64,000 nucleotides of DNA from an uncultured bacterium (GTDB taxonomy: Bacteria > Myxococcota_A > UBA796 > CAJQPC01): contig CAJQPC010000032.1 of the NCBI GenBank assembly GCA_905480105.1, positions 827 to 64,826 on the forward strand, in the 5' to 3' direction. The translations under genes and the position numbers were made by a program. Position 1 is the first letter of the stretch, and each line of letters opens with the position of its first letter. Below are positions 26,499 to 33,851 of this stretch, piece after piece. The notes beneath the pieces are model-generated. The model searched no databases. It saw only the letters and a program-made list of their open reading frames with translations, and was not told the DNA's origin.

Positions 26499-28430
26499 GT
26501 GAGTGCACAGACAGACCGCCCCTCAAAATTGCTCCTGCGACTGCATTTGCACCGCAAGAGTGGACTTATCCGTCTGACGGGGCCCGGTGTCAACGCCCGA
26601 ATCTGGATCAAAAACCAGGCTCTCTGGGGCGTGCAGGGCGTACCCCGACTCTTTGGTCAGCTCTGCGATCGCGTGCCAGATCCCCATGCGCTCAAGGGTG
26701 ATCTTCTCGCCGATATTCCGATACTGATGGCCGCGGGCATCGGCCTGAATGAGGCCACTGATGCAGTCAATAAACGGATCGGTGCGCTCTTGGCAGAGTG
26801 CACCCTGGATCAAGATGTCCACGCTAACTTCGAGAACGAGGGCCAGCCTCCGCCGGGAAGCTTCGGCCTTACGTCAACCGTGCTTCATGACTTTGCACGC
26901 GCCCTTCCCTTGGTACACCCCGCATCCAAGGTCGTCGACGAACTGGCCGGATGGTCCGGCACCCACGTCCAGGTGCAAGACGCAAACGCAGAGAACTTAG
27001 GCCCCCTTGGCCCAATCGCGATTCGAACTCTGGCCTTGGCCCACCGCAATCGCATCCTGGGCGACCTGGTACGAAAGAGCGGCTGCGGCCAGCAGCTGCG
27101 CACCCAGCAGGCTTGGCTGGCTATCGATCTGCTCTGGCAGCTGGGCTTGCTTGAAATTCCAGGGGCGCCACCGAGCGCGCGACAAGCCAGCTTCAATGAC
27201 AGCTCAACGGCCTCGACTGAGCCAATCCCTGAAATCCCTACCCCAGTAGAGCCGAGCAGCGAGCAGCAAGCGGACGAACACAAGGAGGAACTCGAGATTC
27301 CTCAAGAGGGTGGCTGGAGAGCACGCCTGAAAGCCCTGAAAGGCGTCAGCGCTGTCGGTCCCACCGACCGCATCCTGGAAGAGACCAACGAAGACGAGCA
27401 AACCCAGCCGCTTTCCCAGATGGAAATGAGTTCTCTTCAGGAAGACGACGATTACCCGGACGCAGACGAGCTCTTCGGAGAGCCCGACGATGACGACGAA
27501 TACCCGGATGCAGACGAGCTCTTTGGAGAGCCCTATGACGACGAAGACGAAGAAGACGAAACCCCGAGCACCCAGCCCCTGAACGGCTTGCTCTCCTGGG
27601 ACGAAGAGTATTCCACCGACCCAGGCTCGCCTGTCCAAGAAAGCGATGACCAGCCCGGCACGGCAGACGGCCCAGTAATGCAGGGTGACCCTGCCCCCAA
27701 AGACCCCAGTCTGCCAGGATTACGCCGACGCCTGCAGCAGCTTCGTAGCGCCCCTCCATTGCAAGCCCTGGGCATGAACCATGAGGAGCTGCTCACCCAC
27801 CTCTGGCTGCCAAGTGAGCTCTCTCCCACCTGGCAGCGAGCCAGGGCCCCCTGGCTGCCGGAGAACTGGCGCAGTGCATCCGCAGAACTGCAGGGTGTGG
27901 CCGCCGAGGCGCTGGAATTCCTCGACGAGACCCACGCCGCCATGCAGTACACGAACCTGTACGCACAAGCTTTGCAGCGTTCCTGGGCGGCAATTCCAAA
28001 GCGCGAAAGCAGCACTACTGACGACCTGGTCTCACGCGCCCGGGGCCTCTGCGCCCAGGCCAAGTGGGAGGAAGCACTTCAGGTCCTGGACGAGGCTCGA
28101 AAAGCAAACGCCAGCTCAGCGAGCGCTCTGCTCCTGCAACTCTTTGCCCGCGTAGCCACTCGAAAGATGGGCGTGAGCCACGCGGTGAGCTGGGTCTACG
28201 CCATCAGTCAGAACACAAATGACAGACAATTAGGCGCCATAGGCGCCTACACCGCCGGCCGCCTTCTGGAGCGCTCAGGCAAGACCGCAGATGCCTTGGC
28301 CTGCTACCAAGGCGCCAACTCCGCGCTACCCCAGCACAAGCCAAGCCTGGCGCGCCTCAGACACTTGAGTAAACAAAATCCAGGAAAACCCTCAGCTCTG
28401 GGCAGTCTCTTCTTAAAAACAAAGGACTGA
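26499..28430 (+). CDS. DUF4388 (PATAN-like) N-terminal domain protein with acidic repeat region and TPR-like C-terminus
   Basis: LLLRLHLHRKSGLIRLTGPGVNARIWIKNQALWGV fits the DUF4388 pattern. Acidic linker holds a duplicated YPDADELFGEP. GTG start. Confidence 0.65.
   Translation: MSAQTDRPSKLLLRLHLHRKSGLIRLTGPGVNARIWIKNQALWGVQGVPRLFGQLCDRVPDPHALKGDLLADIPILMAAGIGLNEATDAVNKRIGALLAECTLDQDVHANFENEGQPPPGSFGLTSTVLHDFARALPLVHPASKVVDELAGWSGTHVQVQDANAENLGPLGPIAIRTLALAHRNRILGDLVRKSGCGQQLRTQQAWLAIDLLWQLGLLEIPGAPPSARQASFNDSSTASTEPIPEIPTPVEPSSEQQADEHKEELEIPQEGGWRARLKALKGVSAVGPTDRILEETNEDEQTQPLSQMEMSSLQEDDDYPDADELFGEPDDDDEYPDADELFGEPYDDEDEEDETPSTQPLNGLLSWDEEYSTDPGSPVQESDDQPGTADGPVMQGDPAPKDPSLPGLRRRLQQLRSAPPLQALGMNHEELLTHLWLPSELSPTWQRARAPWLPENWRSASAELQGVAAEALEFLDETHAAMQYTNLYAQALQRSWAAIPKRESSTTDDLVSRARGLCAQAKWEEALQVLDEARKANASSASALLLQLFARVATRKMGVSHAVSWVYAISQNTNDRQLGAIGAYTAGRLLERSGKTADALACYQGANSALPQHKPSLARLRHLSKQNPGKPSALGSLFLKTKD
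27450..27545. repeat. 2 x 48-bp tandem coding repeat ((D/E)YPDADELFGEP plus acidic spacer)
   Basis: gattacccggacgcagacgagctcttcggagagccc and gaatacccggatgcagacgagctctttggagagccc lie 48 nt apart. Confidence 0.85.
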
Positions 28431-28514
28431 TACGCCCCTGCGGCCCACTCCCAAAGCCTGGGAATGCCCCTGCCAAGGCACACCCATCAGTGTTAGGCTG
28501 CCAGCGAGGTTCTT

Positions 28515-28937
28515 ATGTCCCCGCCCCCTAAGTACATCGATGCTGCGTCACCCAAAGCAGACCTATCGGCCACTCCCATGGCCAGCTCGTTGAACACTCC
28601 TTCGGGCCGAAGCTTGGTCATCGAAGAGCTCAACGAGAACGAGGAGCGCCTGCAAGTCAGGGACGCCCAGGGCGCGCTGGAGTTGGAAGTGCGCCTGACA
28701 CGGGACGGCCCTGTGCTCCGCCTAAGCAGCGAGCGCATCGAGCTCAACGCCACCGACACCGTCGCTGTCAACTGCGAGCGCTTCGTGGTCAACGCCAAGC
28801 ACTCCGTGCAGGTCCTCTCCGAGGGAGACGCCAAGGTGCAAGCCAAGGGTGCACTGGAGCTCCAGGCTACAGGCGAGCTGCGCCTTCGCAGCGAAGACGA
28901 GCTCAAGGCCATCGCAAACATGATCTGGCTGAATTAG
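28515..28937 (+). CDS. Small beta-strand-repeat protein resembling a VgrG/gp5 C-terminal beta-helix segment (assignment by pattern only)
   Basis: Alternating pattern ...RIELNATDTVAVNCERFVVNAKHSVQVLSEGDAKVQAKGALELQATGELRLRSEDEL. GC3-rich codons. Sits directly upstream of the PAAR gene. Confidence 0.55.
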   Translation: MSPPPKYIDAASPKADLSATPMASSLNTPSGRSLVIEELNENEERLQVRDAQGALELEVRLTRDGPVLRLSSERIELNATDTVAVNCERFVVNAKHSVQVLSEGDAKVQAKGALELQATGELRLRSEDELKAIANMIWLN

Positions 28938-28947
28938 GAGCACTACG

Positions 28948-29361
28948 ATGGGATTTCCTGCGTCGATCAAAGGGGACATGGTCCTTCAGACCCCGCCGGT
29001 GCACTGCCACAAGCTGCACAAGCTCCCTGGGCCGCCCCCGCCTGGGTTCATCATGCTACCGATTCCGCTTCCTGTGGCCCCCCCGATGAAGATGGAAGCG
29101 ACCCACGCCAAAAAGGTCAAAATTGGTGGAAAAGAAGCCATTCGGGTCGGGGACAAGACCAAAGACGACAACATGCCAGGTTGCCCCAAAGCAAAAGGCG
29201 GCCCCGGCGAGGTATCCAACGGCAGTCAGACCGTAAAGATAGAAGGCAAGTTTGCCGCACGCGTCTTTGACATGACCAAGCACAGTGCCTGCACTGCACC
29301 CATTCCTGCGCCAGTGGGCAAGATCATGGGTCCAGGCTGCGCCACGGTCATGATCGGCTAG
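28948..29361 (+). CDS. PAAR-domain protein
   Basis: Three PAAR-like segments: GDMVLQTPPVHCH, KKVKIGGKEAIRVGDKT and GSQTVKIEGKFAARVFDMTKH...GCATVMIG. AGGAG 8 nt upstream of the ATG. Confidence 0.7.
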   Translation: MGFPASIKGDMVLQTPPVHCHKLHKLPGPPPPGFIMLPIPLPVAPPMKMEATHAKKVKIGGKEAIRVGDKTKDDNMPGCPKAKGGPGEVSNGSQTVKIEGKFAARVFDMTKHSACTAPIPAPVGKIMGPGCATVMIG

Positions 29362-30431
29362 TGCAACTCGCCCACCTTCAGGCACTCCAGCCCCTCTGCG
29401 CCATCTGTCTGGGGCAAGGGGCCCAAAATCGCATCGCCCTAAGCCGTCGTGACTTGGGTGATGACGAACAGGTTCTGCAGGGCCTGCTCCAATGTCCGGT
29501 CTGCGGCATGGAATACCCGATCATCGACGGTATTCCCATCCTGCTTCCGAAGCTTCGCGAGTGGGTGCAAGGTTCACTTTTTCATCTGGTCAAACGCCAT
29601 GATCTTAGCCACAGCTTAGACTCGCTCCTGGGTGACTGCAGCGGTCCAGACGGCGCCTGGGAGAGCACCCGAGCGACCCTATCCTGCTACGGCTGGGACC
29701 ACTGGGGGGAGTACATGGACGGCCAGGACTCCGCCTGCCCCCCTGGCGCGGTTCGCTCCCTCAGCAAGACCCTCACCGAGATGCGCCCCTGCCAAACCGG
29801 CCCTCTGATCGACGTGGGCTGCGGGCCCGGTGGCAGCACCCACAGCTTCGCTCTAGCTCACCCTGAGCGCCTGGTTGTAGGCGTAGATATGAACTTCTCT
29901 CTGCTTCAAGCCGGCCACCGGATCCTGGCTGGGCAAGGAGAGCTCCCCCTGCGCCAAGAGGGTGTGGTGCACCACTGGCATGCGGTTCGGAGACCGGAGA
30001 CCGCTCCCAACTTGGCCCTCTGGTGCGCCGATGCACGCTTGCTTCCCTTCGCATCTGGCAGCTTTGGTGGGGCCAGTAGCCTGAACGTGGTGGACTCTGT
30101 GGACAACCCTCTGCAGCACATCCAGGAGCTGGCCCGGGTCCTGGACCACGGGGCAAGCGCCTGGCTGAGTAGCCCCTTTGACTGGTCCACCCGGGCCACA
30201 CACGTGGCCCAGTGGTTGGGAGCCCACAGTCAGCGGGGAGATCACGGAGGGGACAGCCGAAAGGTTTTTCTGGGAATGCTAAAGCGGGGAGTCTTGCCAT
30301 TTCAGCTGCACGCAGAGAGCCAGGGTGAATGGCGATTGCGCACTGGAGCCCGCAGCCACACCCGCTACCAAGTCTGGCTGGCAGCCCTGGAGAAAGGCGA
30401 ACAAATCGCGGTGGCCGAAACGGGCGTGTGA
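29361..30431 (+). CDS. Class I SAM-dependent methyltransferase with N-terminal Trm112-like zinc-ribbon
   Basis: CPVCGMEYPIIDGIPILLP is Trm112-type. SAM motif I is IDVGCGPGGST. The GTG start shares 1 nt with the PAAR gene's stop codon. Confidence 0.75.
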   Translation: MQLAHLQALQPLCAICLGQGAQNRIALSRRDLGDDEQVLQGLLQCPVCGMEYPIIDGIPILLPKLREWVQGSLFHLVKRHDLSHSLDSLLGDCSGPDGAWESTRATLSCYGWDHWGEYMDGQDSACPPGAVRSLSKTLTEMRPCQTGPLIDVGCGPGGSTHSFALAHPERLVVGVDMNFSLLQAGHRILAGQGELPLRQEGVVHHWHAVRRPETAPNLALWCADARLLPFASGSFGGASSLNVVDSVDNPLQHIQELARVLDHGASAWLSSPFDWSTRATHVAQWLGAHSQRGDHGGDSRKVFLGMLKRGVLPFQLHAESQGEWRLRTGARSHTRYQVWLAALEKGEQIAVAETGV

Positions 30432-30513
30432 CAGCCCAACCACAGATAGGGGAAGCCGTTACGGGTATGTGTTCGCTGGGCGCAAGGCTCAGCCCACCCC
30501 TGAAGGAGAGCCC

Positions 30514-31908
30514 ATGTCCCGCTTCACTCTGACCCTGCTCGGCACCCTAAGCTTGAGCGCCCTGATCGCCTGCGAAAAGGACGAGCCCACCCCCACCGAT
30601 ACCAGCACAGAAGGGGATGCCGACACGGACACCGACGCGGACACCGACGCGGACTCCGACGCGGACTCCGACTCAGACGCAGACACAGACGCGGACTCTG
30701 ATGCGGACGCCGACACCGACCCCGCGACCGAGCTCTACAAGGTTCGTACCGGCGTGTTCACCGCGGGCGATGGCGTAGAAGGAAGCGGAAACGTGGGCGA
30801 GACGGTCACCGTGAACGGTGCCCTAATGCACGACAAGACCCGCTACGGCTTCTTCCTCTCCGACGGTCGGGCAGCTGAGTACCACGCCATCCAGATCTAC
30901 ATTCCCAACGCCGACTCGGTCACCTACGAGTGGAAGGCCGGCGACGTGGTCCAGGTCACCGGTGAATACATCGAGTACAGCTCCGGCAGCCCAGCAGACT
31001 CCCAGGCCGAGATCGTGGTCTTGTCCGAAGAGGACATCACCACCAGTACAGGGGCCCACGCGATCCCAATGGCGACCACGATCAGCATCGCTGACCTGAT
31101 CACCACAAGCGAGGGCTGGGAGTCCGGACTCGTCACCCTAGAGAACGTCACCATCTCCAACAACGACCTGGGCTACGGCGAGTGGGAGCTCACCGATGGC
31201 ACCAACGTGTACACGGTCGACGACCTGCTCTTCGACTTCACCGACTCCGGCAACGTGCTGAGCAACGGCGACACCTTCGGCAGCGTCACTGGCGTGGTGT
31301 ACTGGAGTTTCGGTAGCCACAAGATCGAGCCACGCGTTGACTCGGACTTTGTTGACTATTTGGCCTACGAGGCCCCTTGCTACGCTGACAAGTGTGCCCA
31401 AGACCTGGTCGCTGGAGACCTGATCATCACCGAGATCATGTACGACTCCAAGTTCGTCGACGACAACGACAACGAGTACGTCGAGCTCTACAACGCCAGC
31501 GGCGGAACGGTCTCTCTGGAGGGCCTCACCTTCGAAGACAGCGCCCCCAACACCAGCTCGATCTCCCAGGTGGACCCCATCGCCACATTCGCCGCTGGCG
31601 ACTACATCGTGCTCGCAAAGGGTGACGGCTCCAAGTTCTCCTGGACCGCTTTCACCCCGGACGGCTACTTCGGCAACGTCGCTCTGAACAATGGTGGCGA
31701 CTTGGCCCTGGTCAAGAACAGCACCGAGACCATCAACAGCTCGCCCAGCTACAGCGGCGACGAAGTAGGGGCATCCATCTCCCTGGATCCCTCCTACCTC
31801 AACGTCAAAGACGCGACGGACCTAACGAACTGGTGTCCCGCAGTCACTGAGCTTGAGGGGGGTGACCTGGGAACTCCCGGTGCCGCCAACGAGCCCTGCA
31901 AAAAGTAA
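30514..31908 (+). CDS. Lipoprotein with (D-x)n acidic linker, OB-like middle region and C-terminal lamin-tail (LTD) domain
   Basis: Lipobox LSALIACE. GAAGGAGAG upstream of the ATG at 30514. LIITEIMYDS...NEYVELYNASGGTVSLEGLTFED is typical of LTD. Confidence 0.7.
   Translation: MSRFTLTLLGTLSLSALIACEKDEPTPTDTSTEGDADTDTDADTDADSDADSDSDADTDADSDADADTDPATELYKVRTGVFTAGDGVEGSGNVGETVTVNGALMHDKTRYGFFLSDGRAAEYHAIQIYIPNADSVTYEWKAGDVVQVTGEYIEYSSGSPADSQAEIVVLSEEDITTSTGAHAIPMATTISIADLITTSEGWESGLVTLENVTISNNDLGYGEWELTDGTNVYTVDDLLFDFTDSGNVLSNGDTFGSVTGVVYWSFGSHKIEPRVDSDFVDYLAYEAPCYADKCAQDLVAGDLIITEIMYDSKFVDDNDNEYVELYNASGGTVSLEGLTFEDSAPNTSSISQVDPIATFAAGDYIVLAKGDGSKFSWTAFTPDGYFGNVALNNGGDLALVKNSTETINSSPSYSGDEVGASISLDPSYLNVKDATDLTNWCPAVTELEGGDLGTPGAANEPCKK
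30616..30720. repeat. 6-nt periodic (GAC-NNN) repeat encoding DADTDTDADTDADSDADSDSDADTDADSDADADTD
   Basis: Read directly from the sequence. Confidence 0.9.
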
Positions 31909-31921
31909 TCGTGTCCTGTGC

Positions 31922-31943
31922 GACAGGTGGCCACCCACCTGTC
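31922..31943 (+). terminator. 9-bp perfect hairpin after the LTD gene, with no U-tract
   Basis: gacaggtgg-ccac-ccacctgtc, 14 nt past the stop. No T-run follows, so terminator function is uncertain. Confidence 0.25.
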
Positions 31944-32075
31944 TGTCGGAAGAGGGTGTCGAAGGGTTGACAGTCACGGTGGACAGTCGACAGTATTTTC
32001 GACACCTCTCTTCTTCGAAAATCAAGTTTTCCCCTTGTTCTTAGACCCAGGGGAAAACTTGGCACGAGAGCTGCT

Positions 32076-32152
32076 GAAGAACCCGACACGAGGTTCTCAT
32101 ATCGAGAACCCGACACAAGGTTCTCAACGTGAGAACCCAACAGGCGGTTCCC
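32076..32152. promoter_or_regulatory. Three tandem 27-bp units, each an imperfect palindrome GAGAACC-N8-GGTTCTC (REP-like or operator-like array)
   Basis: gaagaacccgacacgaggttctc (32076), gagaacccgacacaaggttctc (32104) and gagaacccaacaggcggttccc (32131). The array ends 1 nt before the ATG at 32153. Confidence 0.7.
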
Positions 32153-32929
32153 ATGTTCAGCATCATCGCGCTCTCTCGTCTCGACAATGGCTTGCTCTTC
32201 TGGACGGAGGCTGAGCGCCGTGCTTTCTTAGAGTGCAGCCTGCGCTTGGCCGCCCGGTGGGGCGTTCAAGTCTGCGCCTTCCACCTCTGTGGTTCCGAGG
32301 TGGAGTTCCTGGTCAAGGGCACCCCAAAGCCCATCGAAAGCTGGCTACGGCTGGTGCACTCCAGCCACAGCACCAACCTGCTCCAGGCCCAAGGGCGACG
32401 CATTCGCTGGGCCCGTCCGGAGGTTCACCTCGTCAGCGACCCAAGGCGGATCGCCCGAAACCTACATGGCTTAGACCCTTGGAATCAATGGACCAGCTTG
32501 TGGGACGCCGCTGGCTTGCGGCGGATCGGTTGCTTCAAGGCAACCTGGCTCAAAGACCAGGCCAGCCCACAGACCCACTTCCGACAGGCCGGCGGACCCG
32601 CCCTGATCTTCGGCAACGGCCCGCTGGCGCCAGCGACATGGGAACAGATCACCCGTGCTGTGGACTTGGTGACCTGGCAGTTGGGTAGCCGGCACACCCG
32701 CGTGCTCATCACCCAGCTCGCCTACCGGGCAGGGTGGGGGACCGCCACCCTGGCCGCAATGCTGGGCGTGGGTCCTGCTGCGGTGCGAAAGTCCCTGAGC
32801 GCCGCTGAGCGAGTGGAGCTCAGCGCCGCTCAAGCACACCTACGTCATCCAGCCTTGCGCGCTGCGCTCCGGGACCATGAGCCTACTGTGCTCAACCACT
32901 CCATCGCCGAGCTACAAGAGGCGCTCTGA
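32153..32929 (+). CDS. RAYT/IS200-like (COG1943-type) domain protein lacking the HUH and Tyr catalytic residues, with C-terminal HTH
   Basis: GVQVCAFHLCGSEVEFLV aligns to the ...HxHxxx strand of Y1 transposases, with EVE in place of HUH. RRIARNLHGLDPWNQWTS aligns to the Y-x-x-x-NP...WSS region without the Tyr. C-terminal GTATLAAMLGVGPAAVRKSL is HTH-like. Confidence 0.6.
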   Translation: MFSIIALSRLDNGLLFWTEAERRAFLECSLRLAARWGVQVCAFHLCGSEVEFLVKGTPKPIESWLRLVHSSHSTNLLQAQGRRIRWARPEVHLVSDPRRIARNLHGLDPWNQWTSLWDAAGLRRIGCFKATWLKDQASPQTHFRQAGGPALIFGNGPLAPATWEQITRAVDLVTWQLGSRHTRVLITQLAYRAGWGTATLAAMLGVGPAAVRKSLSAAERVELSAAQAHLRHPALRAALRDHEPTVLNHSIAELQEAL

Positions 32930-32957
32930 GCGACCGTCAACCTGCCGAGCTCGGCGG

Positions 32958-33773
32958 CTAATCTTGCGGAGTGACCCGACCCAGGACCCGGTCCCGGCGC
33001 TGCGTGCGCTGGGCCTCGCTCATATCGAGCTCGTTCAGGTCAGCCAGCACCGCGTCAAAATCACCGAGATCCTCCTGCGCAATGCTCAGACCCAAGCGGG
33101 CGATCTCCAGGATCTCCGGGGTCGCATCGCTCGCCAGCAGCTCCTCGTAAAGGTCTTGAGCGGCAGCGGCATCCCCCACCTGCAGGCGCATACGCGCCAT
33201 GGCCAAGCGCGCCGTGTCACCCTGCTCCGGCCACGTGCGGTCCACTCGCTGATACAGGGACCATGCTGCCGTGTTCTCAGATGCCCGCTCCAGCAAGCCG
33301 GCAGCATGGAGCACGTGCTTCCGAGCGTTGGGGTGCTCAGGGTCTACGTCTGCAGCGGCCACCAAAGCCTGCACTGCAGCCTTTGGGTCCTGCTCGGCCA
33401 GCAAGCTGGCCAGTTGCACGCTGACCTGGGTCGCCCGAGGGTCCGAGGGCCAATTTCCCAAGAAAGTCTGCAGGTGCACAATGGCGACCTGGTCTTGCCC
33501 AGCCAGTGTTGCAGCGCTGCCGGCGTGGAGCGCTGCCGTCGCGGCACGCTTCTGCCGCCAGGACTTGTCCTGGATGGCAGTGTAGCGAAGCAAAGCCTCA
33601 TCCAGCTCTCCAGCCAGAACCAGCGAGTCGGCGTACGCCAGCGCTCCCGGTGCATGGGGACCCAAGGCCGTCGAGCCGAAGAGCAAGGGTACAATCACAG
33701 CCAGCGACGCGCCAAGTAGCGCTCGCCAACCCACAATCTGGGAGAAGAGCTTCATCATGAGCAGGCGCCGCAA
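32958..33773 (-). CDS. Secreted TPR-like repeat protein
   Basis: N-terminal hydrophobic signal or anchor. Ala/Leu-rich helical repeats. Confidence 0.6.
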   Translation of the reverse strand: MRRLLMMKLFSQIVGWRALLGASLAVIVPLLFGSTALGPHAPGALAYADSLVLAGELDEALLRYTAIQDKSWRQKRAATAALHAGSAATLAGQDQVAIVHLQTFLGNWPSDPRATQVSVQLASLLAEQDPKAAVQALVAAADVDPEHPNARKHVLHAAGLLERASENTAAWSLYQRVDRTWPEQGDTARLAMARMRLQVGDAAAAQDLYEELLASDATPEILEIARLGLSIAQEDLGDFDAVLADLNELDMSEAQRTQRRDRVLGRVTPQD

Positions 33774-33851
33774 CTAACAGCCCCGGGCCTACCTGCAAAA
33801 ACCAAGTCCCCCTACAAAGGGCTCTATAGCCCAAACAGAGGTCTTGACGAC

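Noticed and set aside
28515-30431. Calling this a T6SS locus
   Set aside because: PAAR and a helix-like protein alone are not enough, and no core T6SS or eCIS genes are recognisable in the window. It is kept as an orphan-cassette finding instead.
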